This document shows, one piece after another, positions 8,739 to 15,281 of a stretch of DNA of 41,265 bases. Under the pieces are notes generated by a model, which worked only from the letters and a program-made list of their open reading frames with translations, was not told the DNA's origin and did not search any database. Each line of letters opens with the position of its first letter. Positions within the stretch are counted from its first letter, which is position 1. Position numbers and translations under genes: made by a program. Source of the stretch: a virus; IMG/VR virus record IMGVR_UViG_3300045988_152616, positions 1-41,265 of that record; one strand, given 5' to 3'.

Positions 8739-8950
8739 GGTTTTTCCGCCTGGTCCTTATCTTTTTCGCCGGTTACTTTCGAGTCTAAAAACGCAGAAAA
8801 AAATGCATTAACAATTCCGAGCGCCTCACCAGTAGAAGCGCCTGCATCCACCGCAGAGCGATACATAGTAAAGCACAGGCTCGCAACCATACCAACAGAA
8901 TCACTCAGCTTATCGAGATCGATTTCATTTTCCAAGATTTTTTCCTCCAT
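8735..8950 (-). CDS. Hypothetical protein (71 aa)
   Basis: ORF track. Lies in a lower-GC stretch. Confidence 0.5.
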   Translation of the reverse strand: MEEKILENEIDLDKLSDSVGMVASLCFTMYRSAVDAGASTGEALGIVNAFFSAFLDSKVTGEKDKDQAEKP

Positions 8951-9032
8951 TGTTTATAAACTTATCACAATGCGATTCAAGACATTTCCACATCCAAGCA
9001 TAATGGGCAATCACTCTCGTTCATCGTTGGTT

Positions 9033-9260
9033 TTAATCGGTAACAAACCAATCCTCCGCAATCAAGTCCTCCGCTGTGGGCTGCCACCCACGGCGGGGGC
9101 CTCTTGCTGCCAAACTAGTAATCACACAGCAATCCGGCGTGTTGGTCGGGAATACCTTGAGGTCCGCCCCGCGATATGTATTTCGCCACGCTTCCCTTGT
9201 GATGTACTGTTTGTCCGCATGTCTTGCCTTAATTGCATCGGAGATAATCATGCTTTTCAC
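9033..9260 (-). CDS. DUF2829-like protein (family of Thoeris anti-defence Tad2)
   Basis: 75 aa. ITREAWRN near the N-terminus and GWQPTAEDLIAEDW at the C-terminus match my recollection of the DUF2829 signature (..R.GW.. / W.P...DLLAEDW). Confidence 0.5.
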   Translation of the reverse strand: MKSMIISDAIKARHADKQYITREAWRNTYRGADLKVFPTNTPDCCVITSLAARGPRRGWQPTAEDLIAEDWFVTD

Positions 9261-9287
9261 CTCTCTTCTGTGTTTTCTTGTAGGAAC

Positions 9288-9515
9288 TTACGTTTTACGA
9301 AAGTCGTCCGCAAAAAAAATCCCAGCAGCTTCACTCCGCGTGTCGCAAAGTATATCGGCCAATTTCGCCACAACGCTATAGGGCATTTTTTCGGGATTTT
9401 CAAGGTAAGAGGACATAGTATTCCTATTTACTCCGATGTCTTCAGAGATAGAGGTAATGTTATACCCACGCTCCGCCATCTTCCCCCGAAGCTTTGGAAC
9501 GTCTACGAATACCAT
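9288..9515 (-). CDS. Cro-like XRE-family HTH regulator
   Basis: ATG 9515 after AGGAGG. 75 aa with HTH ITSISEDIGVNRNTMSSYL. Divergent from the cI-like gene. Confidence 0.75.
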   Translation of the reverse strand: MVFVDVPKLRGKMAERGYNITSISEDIGVNRNTMSSYLENPEKMPYSVVAKLADILCDTRSEAAGIFFADDFRKT

Positions 9516-9676
9516 AGTGACCACCTCCTTTCTTTCGTTTTGCGTAAGCTTATGATAGCACCCATCCGCCTGCTTGTCAATACGTTTGGCGAAAGTTTTT
9601 TCGCAAAACGAAAGATTTTTCTTGCGTATTTCTGTGCGGTGTGGTATTATAGGTACACAGCGATGGAGGTGCAAAG
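9516..9676. promoter_or_regulatory. Lysis-lysogeny switch: divergent promoters plus operator repeats
   Basis: Minus-strand TTGACA (9575-9580), 17 nt, TATCAT (9552-9557). Plus-strand TTGCGT (9623-9628), 17 nt, TATTAT (9646-9651). The 12-mer CGCAAAACGAAA occurs at 9603-9614 and inverted at 9532-9543, and a GCGAAAgtttTTTCGC palindrome lies just upstream of the 9603-9614 copy, overlapping its first bases. Confidence 0.65.
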
Positions 9677-10303
9677 ATGAGTGCTCTGTCAAAGATACTT
9701 AAGAAGCGAAGGAAAGAACTCGGCTTAACATTGGCACAAGTTGCAGACGCAGTAGGCGTTACTGAAGCTACAGTGCAGAGATGGGAAAGCGGAAACATTA
9801 AAACAGTTAGATACGAAAAGTTGGCCCCGTCGTCGAGTCTTCTTGGCGTGTCTCCGGCTGATCTCATGGGTTGGAGTAGTGACGACGATCTCCCGTCTAA
9901 TATCTCTCGGATAGAACCCATGCAAAAAATCCCCCTTGTGGGTCAGATTGCCTGCGGGACCCCCATCCTGGCGGAGCAAAATATAGAGGATTACGTTGAC
10001 CTGCCCGGACACATTCGGGCGGACTTCGCCCTGACCTGCAAAGGGGAAAGCATGATCGGAGCCGGGATTAGGACCGGAGACATCGTATATATCCGAAAGC
10101 AGGAAGAAGTAGAAAATGGCCAAATCGCCGCCGTCATGGTAGGAGGTGACGAGGCAACACTAAAACGAGTCTATACCAAACCAGGGGTTGTCCAGCTGGT
10201 GGCGGAAAATCCAAATATAGCCCCAGCGGTTTTTATAGGCAAAGAGGCTGAACAAATTCATATCATTGGACTGGCCGTAGCGTATACACATGTACTAGAT
10301 TGA
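9677..10303 (+). CDS. cI/LexA-like repressor (XRE HTH + S24 peptidase)
   Basis: 208 aa. N-terminal HTH LTLAQVADAVGVTEATVQRWE. C-terminal GESM...TLKRV Ser/Lys dyad region. Confidence 0.9.
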   Translation: MSALSKILKKRRKELGLTLAQVADAVGVTEATVQRWESGNIKTVRYEKLAPSSSLLGVSPADLMGWSSDDDLPSNISRIEPMQKIPLVGQIACGTPILAEQNIEDYVDLPGHIRADFALTCKGESMIGAGIRTGDIVYIRKQEEVENGQIAAVMVGGDEATLKRVYTKPGVVQLVAENPNIAPAVFIGKEAEQIHIIGLAVAYTHVLD

Positions 10304-10317
10304 TTGGAGGAACAACA

Positions 10318-11241
10318 ATGAAGAAAGAGAGAGCGATTCCCATGATCCTTAGTGTTGCACTTGCGTTGTGTTTGGTCGGGTGTGGCAATGACGCGCCGCC
10401 GGAAGAAGAAGCAGAGCCGGAAGCCACACAGCAGTCCAACGCAGAATCTGAACGAATAAAAACAAATGACTTTAATAATGGTGCGTCAGAATACTATATA
10501 AAAAATTTGTGGTTTTCTGTCCCCTCATCCTGGAGGATGGATAACGAAAGGAACCCAGGGACAACATACTTCTACCCACCGTCTGGGAACGGACTGGAGC
10601 TTCTTATGGTGGTGTTTTCAGAGTCAGAAGAATCCATATTGAAACAAGAAAGTGTGGATGGACTTATTTCCGGTTTGGAAGAAGGAAACGAAAACTATAA
10701 ATATACTTCAAGTGCATTTGATAAAAATCTGATTGGCGAAAACTATGCGATAATAAAATATTCTTCCACCATAAAAGGAAATGACTATAACCTCTCAATG
10801 GTATGCTTTGACTGTGATGGAGGATTTGTATATTTCTTGCTCGGTGAATTATCTGATTCTTCCTATGATTATTCTTCAGATTTCAAAAATATAGTTGATT
10901 CTGTCGCAATATCGTCTGTTCCGGCGAAGACAGAACCGGAAGAAAAAAATGCGACCACAGGTGAGATCAACGCCTTAGAGAAAGCGTTGAGCTATCTCAA
11001 TTACACATCCTTCTCCCGTTCCGGTCTGATTGACCAACTCGAATACGAAGGGTTTTCTACCGAAGAAGCTACTTACGGCGTAGATAACTGCGGCGCAGAC
11101 TGGAACGAGCAAGCTGCCAAGAAAGCGCAAAGTTACCTTGATTATTCGTCCTTCTCCAGACAGGGGCTAATTGACCAACTTGTGTTTGAGGGATTCACGC
11201 AGGAACAGGCAGAATACGGCGTGTCTTCCGTCGGGTACTAA
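10318..11241 (+). CDS. Lipoprotein with two C-terminal Ltp-type repeats (superinfection-exclusion-like)
   Basis: GGAGG before ATG 10318. Signal peptide with lipobox LVGC. Duplicated SYL(N/D)Y(T/S)SFSR.GLIDQL..EGF..E.A.YGV resembles TP-J34 Ltp repeats. Confidence 0.75.
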   Translation: MKKERAIPMILSVALALCLVGCGNDAPPEEEAEPEATQQSNAESERIKTNDFNNGASEYYIKNLWFSVPSSWRMDNERNPGTTYFYPPSGNGLELLMVVFSESEESILKQESVDGLISGLEEGNENYKYTSSAFDKNLIGENYAIIKYSSTIKGNDYNLSMVCFDCDGGFVYFLLGELSDSSYDYSSDFKNIVDSVAISSVPAKTEPEEKNATTGEINALEKALSYLNYTSFSRSGLIDQLEYEGFSTEEATYGVDNCGADWNEQAAKKAQSYLDYSSFSRQGLIDQLVFEGFTQEQAEYGVSSVGY

Positions 11242-11295
11242 CTTCATTCCCCCGCCGCCGAGGGCGGCCAAAAATAAAAAACGGAGGAAAACAAA

Positions 11296-12111
11296 ATGAA
11301 AAAGAGAGCCCTAATTATCCTACTCGGAGGAGCGTTTGCCCTGTCCTTGTGTGCTTGTGGAGAAAACGATACCACAAGTCAAGAACCCTCTTCCCCGCCT
11401 GACCTCACCGGAGTATGGACGCAGGTGGGAGCAAGTGAAGGCGACAGCTACCAACAGGCAATCATCTCAGGAAACACCATCACCATCAACTGGGTCGATC
11501 CGGAAAGCACGGCTCTTTACTGGGCTGGCACCTTTGCCGCACCGACCACAACCGACGAGCCATACACCTGGACCTCCGAGAATGATACGTCAAAAACCGG
11601 CACGGCCCTTCTGGCAGCAACGAGCGAAACGAAAGATTTCACTTATGAGGACGGGAAGATCACCTACGAAGTTTCTGCGCTCGGGAGCACAACTACTGTG
11701 TCCCTGGAGAAGACCGGGGATGCCCCGGCTGTGATCGAGGAACCAGAGTCAAATTATGAAGTGACAATTGACAGTGCATCTATCGAGGCTAATCCCTATA
11801 CGGGAGACCGGGCCCTTATCGTAAACTGCACATTCACGAACAACAGCGAGGAAAATGCGGCGCCAGATGTTGCCCTTCATATCCAGGCATTCCAAGACGG
11901 GATTGAATTGGATCCAGATTTCTTTGATTCTTCGTCCTATGATTCAATGTCCGCATCAAGGGAGGTGCAGCCGGGTAATACCTACGAATTCCAGAAAGCA
12001 TTTGTACTGACAAACGAGACGTCCTCAATTGATGTCTCTGTGAGCGAGTTGTTTGCTCTTGACGGTGGAACACTCGCGGAAAAGACCTTCGATCCGGCCA
12101 CTCTCGCATAA
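11296..12111 (+). CDS. Lipoprotein with DUF5067/DUF4352-like C-terminal beta-sandwich
   Basis: 271 aa. Signal peptide with lipobox LSLCAC. C-terminal ALIVNCTFTNNSEE... pattern. Confidence 0.6.
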   Translation: MKKRALIILLGGAFALSLCACGENDTTSQEPSSPPDLTGVWTQVGASEGDSYQQAIISGNTITINWVDPESTALYWAGTFAAPTTTDEPYTWTSENDTSKTGTALLAATSETKDFTYEDGKITYEVSALGSTTTVSLEKTGDAPAVIEEPESNYEVTIDSASIEANPYTGDRALIVNCTFTNNSEENAAPDVALHIQAFQDGIELDPDFFDSSSYDSMSASREVQPGNTYEFQKAFVLTNETSSIDVSVSELFALDGGTLAEKTFDPATLA

Positions 12112-12164
12112 AAGCGCATAAAACAACCGCCCCCGGTGCTACCAACACCGAGGACGGCTATAGG

Positions 12165-12203
12165 GGCAGTAAACTTTGGACAGGGTACTGCCCTCTTATT
12201 TTA
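12165..12203 (+). terminator. Putative intrinsic terminator
   Basis: GGGCAGTA (12165-12172) pairs with TACTGCCC (12187-12194), followed by TCTTATTTT. The loop is long (14 nt). Confidence 0.4.
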
Positions 12204-12226
12204 ACCAAAGATAGGAGGAATTGCAA

Positions 12227-13345
12227 GTGAAATGCAAAAAATGCCATACTGGATTGCCGGAAAAGGCGAAATACTGCCCTCAGTGCGGGGCAAAGATCAC
12301 CTCCGGCCAGGCCACGAAATCCCGGGGGAACGGGACCGGAACCGTATACAAGCGGGGAAAAACGTGGACCGCCGCCAAAACCCTGGGGTACTACGTTTCG
12401 GAGGACAAGCTGCACCGGGAGGTGCGAACCAAGGGAGGCTTTAAGACCAAACGGGAGGCGTTAGAGTATCTCTCCATCCTCGGGCGAGAGCCAGCAACGA
12501 AGGCCCGCACGTTCCGCCAAGTGTACGACCTGTGGTTTCCGACCCACCAAGCAAGCGCGTCCACGATGGGATGCTACCAAGCGGCAATGAAATGGTTTAA
12601 GCCGGTGTGGGGGTATAAACTGGATTATATCACCATAGAGGACCTGCAAGACTGTATGGACGATTGCCCCAAAGGCAAGAGAACTCAGCAGAACATGAAA
12701 GCCGTTTGCGGGCTGATCTACAAATACGCCATCCCACGGGGCCTTGCACGGCTCAATCTGGGCGAGTATTTGCGTGTAGGGGGTACGGATACCGGCCCGA
12801 GGGAAGGCCTGCCAGAGAGCGCTGTAGAGGCCCTAGAGAAGGCGCAGGACACCGTACCGGGAGCGGACTACGTTTTGTGTCAATGCTATTTGGGATACAG
12901 GCCATCGGAACTGCTCACCCTGGATGCCTCGCAATACGACCGAAAGGAAAAGGTGTTCCGGTGGGGAATGAAAACCTCCGCCGGGAAAAACAGGGTTGTG
13001 ACCATCTCCCCCAAAATACAACCTGTTATTGACAGGCTTACTGCCAACAAAATTGGAGGGCCGATTTTCTGCCGCCAGGATGGAGGCGAGATGCCGATCG
13101 CAGAATATCGCGAGTTGTTCTACTCCGTCCTGGATGCAATCGGAGTGGAAAATCCTGTGAACGAATTCGGGTACCACCGCTATACCCCGCATTCTTGCCG
13201 CCACACATTTGCTACCCTGCTTAAACGAGTTAAGGGGTCAGACAAGGACAAGCTGGAATTGATAGGGCACACATCGAATGAAATGCTACGGCATTATCAG
13301 GACGTTGATTTGGAGGATTTGCGGAAAATAACCGACGCACTTTGA
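12227..13345 (+). CDS. int: Tyrosine recombinase/integrase with N-terminal zinc ribbon
   Basis: GTG 12227 lies 8 nt after GGAGG (the ORF track starts at TTG 12221). CKKCH...CPQCG N-terminus. C-terminal HSCRHTFATLL ... GH ... LRHY catalytic pattern. Confidence 0.9.
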   Translation: MKCKKCHTGLPEKAKYCPQCGAKITSGQATKSRGNGTGTVYKRGKTWTAAKTLGYYVSEDKLHREVRTKGGFKTKREALEYLSILGREPATKARTFRQVYDLWFPTHQASASTMGCYQAAMKWFKPVWGYKLDYITIEDLQDCMDDCPKGKRTQQNMKAVCGLIYKYAIPRGLARLNLGEYLRVGGTDTGPREGLPESAVEALEKAQDTVPGADYVLCQCYLGYRPSELLTLDASQYDRKEKVFRWGMKTSAGKNRVVTISPKIQPVIDRLTANKIGGPIFCRQDGGEMPIAEYRELFYSVLDAIGVENPVNEFGYHRYTPHSCRHTFATLLKRVKGSDKDKLELIGHTSNEMLRHYQDVDLEDLRKITDAL

Positions 13346-13426
13346 ATTTGGCCTACTGCATACAAATTGCACACAATAGAGCCGCAAACCGTTGGGGTTC
13401 AAGGGATTTGGCATGTATGGGGTTCA

Positions 13427-13471
13427 AGAGGCCTTGAGTTCGAATCTCAACACTCGGACCAAAAGTTCCGA
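13427..13471 (+). other. 3-prime 45 nt of a tRNA-Pro(GGG)-like gene (anticodon loop to CCA); no 5-prime half present
   Basis: Loop ATGGGGT, stem half TCAAG, variable AGGCC, T-arm TTGAG-TTCGAAT-CTCAA, acceptor half CACTCGG, A73, CCA. No CCGAGTG acceptor partner upstream. TGGGGTTCAAG is duplicated at 13393-13403. Confidence 0.6.
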
Positions 13472-13474
13472 AAA

Positions 13475-13517
13475 CTAGCCTAAACAGGTGGTTTTCGGAA
13501 CTTTTTTGTTGCTCACT
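13475..13517 (+). terminator. Intrinsic terminator following the tRNA fragment
   Basis: GTTCCGAAAAC (13475-13485) pairs with GTTTTCGGAAC (13501-13511), followed by TTTTTT. Confidence 0.7.
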
Positions 13518-13571
13518 TTTTCAAATTGATTTTCGAAAAATTTGGCTATTGCATACCTATTGCATACACGG

Positions 13572-13600
13572 AAAAGAGGCCCACGGAGGGCCTCTTTTAT
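13572..13600 (-). terminator. Terminator (bidirectional hairpin) ending the accessory cassette
   Basis: AAGAGGCCC-ACGG-AGGGCCTCTT sits directly after the XRE gene stop, with T-runs on both strands. Confidence 0.65.
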
Positions 13601-13800
13601 TTTTCGATCAGCTCGCGTGGATCCACTTCTAAAATATCCGCGATGGATAAAAGATTTCGAGCGCTCATGTTCCCGGCCTCGCTTGTCCCCAGCTCGACCC
13701 GCCTGATCTGGCGGATGTTGACGCCGGAGGCATCTGCAAGCTGTTGTTGGGTCATGCCCGCATTTGTGCGGGCGGATTTCAGCTTGTTCTCCATAAGCAT
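13597..13800 (-). CDS. XRE-family HTH regulator (67 aa; ORF track extends to 13827)
   Basis: HTH MTQQQLADASGVNIRQIRRVE. ATG 13800 overlaps the upstream TAA (TAATG). Confidence 0.75.
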   Translation of the reverse strand: MLMENKLKSARTNAGMTQQQLADASGVNIRQIRRVELGTSEAGNMSARNLLSIADILEVDPRELIEK

Positions 13801-13913
13801 TAGAGGGCATGGTATATGCTGTCGCACATGGATTCAATTTCGTCGTTTTCCCAGCCGCTAAAATCTGGCTGCTTGGAGTAGGTTTCGCTCCTGTCGATGA
13901 TGTACATTGACAT
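13800..13913 (-). CDS. Hypothetical micro-protein (37 aa)
   Basis: ATG 13913 preceded by AGGAGG. MSMYIIDRSETYSKQPDFSGWENDEIESMCDSIYHAL. Confidence 0.45.
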   Translation of the reverse strand: MSMYIIDRSETYSKQPDFSGWENDEIESMCDSIYHAL

Positions 13914-13926
13914 TTTATATTCCTCC

Positions 13927-14172
13927 TTAGTATCTCCAGATCCGGAAGTGTGGATCTTCGTTGACGCTCTTCCCGGTGCAGTACTTGTACACCTTGCTTC
14001 CCATGGGCCAGGTTGCCATGGCAATCAGTTTGCCGCCGTCGTACAGCTCTAGGGTGTCCGATGTCCGGCCGTATTTCATGGCGACCTCTCGGATGTTCCC
14101 GAGCTCGGTGTCAAATTCGGCCATGTTGGAAAATTCCCCGTTGTCATAGCGCTTGACGTGGTAGGTTTTCAT
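13927..14172 (-). CDS. Hypothetical protein (81 aa)
   Basis: ORF track. ATGA overlap with the upstream gene. Confidence 0.6.
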   Translation of the reverse strand: MKTYHVKRYDNGEFSNMAEFDTELGNIREVAMKYGRTSDTLELYDGGKLIAMATWPMGSKVYKYCTGKSVNEDPHFRIWRY

Positions 14173-14534
14173 TCGGCTCCCTCCTTATTGGCACGATCCC
14201 ATTCTCTTGTCAGAGTGTACGCCGGAAAATCCAGCCCCCGGCAGACAACGATGCGCCCAAGAACGGTCTTCCCTACGGTGGCCTCCATGACCTCTGCCTG
14301 CTCCCGGGTTATAGATCTGAGCCACAGCCGTTCGGCCATCCGGTGGAGGTGGGACCACAGGGCATCAGCTGCCTGTTCTGCCGTTAAAGGCTTCCCGGTG
14401 AGGATGTATTTCTCCCCGCGCGCCAATTCGGCCTCGTAGAACTGTTCTACCTTCATCCAGTCTGCCCCGAGGGCGTCCAGGATGTCCAGAATTTGAGTGG
14501 TGTGCTTCTGGCCCAATATCTCATGAATTTCCAC
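14169..14534 (-). CDS. Hypothetical protein (121 aa)
   Basis: GTG 14534 lies 6 nt after GGAGAG. No motif recognised. Confidence 0.6.
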   Translation of the reverse strand: MEIHEILGQKHTTQILDILDALGADWMKVEQFYEAELARGEKYILTGKPLTAEQAADALWSHLHRMAERLWLRSITREQAEVMEATVGKTVLGRIVVCRGLDFPAYTLTREWDRANKEGAE

Positions 14535-14553
14535 GTCATTCTCTCCTTCCTTT

Positions 14554-14853
14554 TCAAGCGGCCACGAACTCGCCGGTCATGTTGTCAACGTACCCGATCT
14601 TCTCAGTGCGCTTGCGGCTCCAAGCGTTGGTGTAGACAGCGACCTCAACATAGGTGCGGCTCTTGCCAGCCTTGTTCCAGTCATTCACGCGGACCTTGGT
14701 ATTCCAGTCAATGTCTGCGGCAACAGTCTCGGCGGTGTTGATGGCCTTGGCCAGGGCCCAGGCGGCGCGGAGTGCAGTGCTCATGCTGATGTTGTTAGTG
14801 CGGCGGATGTTCCAGGCGTTTACCATAATCTCATGCATGTTGTACTTTTTCAT
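14554..14853 (-). CDS. Hypothetical protein (99 aa)
   Basis: ATG 14853 after GGGAGG. First gene behind the dedicated promoter. Confidence 0.6.
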   Translation of the reverse strand: MKKYNMHEIMVNAWNIRRTNNISMSTALRAAWALAKAINTAETVAADIDWNTKVRVNDWNKAGKSRTYVEVAVYTNAWSRKRTEKIGYVDNMTGEFVAA

Positions 14854-14894
14854 TTCGCTTACCTCCCGGGGTTCTCCCCCTTGATCTTGTCTAT

Positions 14895-14964
14895 ATTATA
14901 GGCTAATTTTAGCCTATTTTCAATTCATAAAGTGCCCAAACATGACCGGCTAATTTTGTCCTAT
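14895..14964 (-). promoter_or_regulatory. Sigma-70-type promoter with embedded palindromic operator, plus a second operator-like copy
   Basis: Minus-strand TTGAAA (14918-14923), 17 nt, TATAAT (14895-14900). Perfect 18-bp palindrome TAGGCTAATTTTAGCCTA at 14899-14916. Related CCGGCTAATTTTGTCCTA at 14946-14963. Confidence 0.7.
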
Positions 14965-14968
14965 TTGC

Positions 14969-15010
14969 ATAAAAAATAGCCCCCGATCTGAGTGGTATCT
15001 CAGTCGGGGG
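14969..15010 (-). terminator. Intrinsic terminator ending the late/lysis operon
   Basis: Minus strand: CCCCCGACTGAG-ATACCA-CTCAGATCGGGGG, then CTATTTTTT, 8 nt after the stop at 15018. Confidence 0.75.
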
Positions 15011-15017
15011 TTTTGTG

Positions 15018-15281
15018 TCAGGTTGTGTGTTTTACGCGGTCCATGACCTCCGCCCGCTTGGCATCGTTGAAACGGCCCAGGTCTCCCACCAGGTAACCGG
15101 TGATCCGGCGGATGCGCTGGAACGGCACCCGTTCAAAAACGGGAGTGATCCCGAATTCGTCGGGATTGCCGGTGCGGCGGATGGAGATCTCGACAACCTT
15201 TCGTCCTTCTTCCTGCTCCATCATGTCGATGGCTGCCTGGACAATCTCCTCCGGGATATTGTCTGGGTTGTGGATAGTCAT
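15018..15281 (-). CDS. Stand-alone NrdD-type glycyl-radical domain protein (87 aa)
   Basis: ATG 15281 forms an ATGA overlap with the endolysin stop. The C-terminus RIRRITGYLVGDLGRFNDAKRAEVMDRVKH resembles the class III RNR glycyl radical motif (RRVCGYLG...FN.GK..E...RVKH, recalled from T4/E. coli NrdD). Confidence 0.6.
   Translation of the reverse strand: MTIHNPDNIPEEIVQAAIDMMEQEEGRKVVEISIRRTGNPDEFGITPVFERVPFQRIRRITGYLVGDLGRFNDAKRAEVMDRVKHTT

Larger units (their letters stand above)
13345..13570 (+). other. attP-like region (core plus arm-type repeats)
   Basis: Lies immediately downstream of int. A ~29-bp imperfect direct repeat AATTTGGC(C)TAyTGCATACnnnTTGCAyACAC at about 13345-13374 and 13539-13568 flanks a tRNA 3-prime fragment. 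yTGCAyAC pairs are spaced 11 bp apart. Confidence 0.6.

Noticed and set aside
13427-13471. Possible complete tRNA gene next to the integrase.
   Set aside because: Only the anticodon loop through CCA is present. No complementary 5-prime acceptor strand (CCGAGTG) or D-arm lies upstream, so it is treated as the attP core and not as a functional tRNA.
13597-14853. Assigning the accessory cassette to a known toxin, virulence factor or named defence system.
   Set aside because: None of the four non-HTH proteins shows a motif I can recognise. Any specific name would be invention, so it is reported only as an unknown-function cassette.
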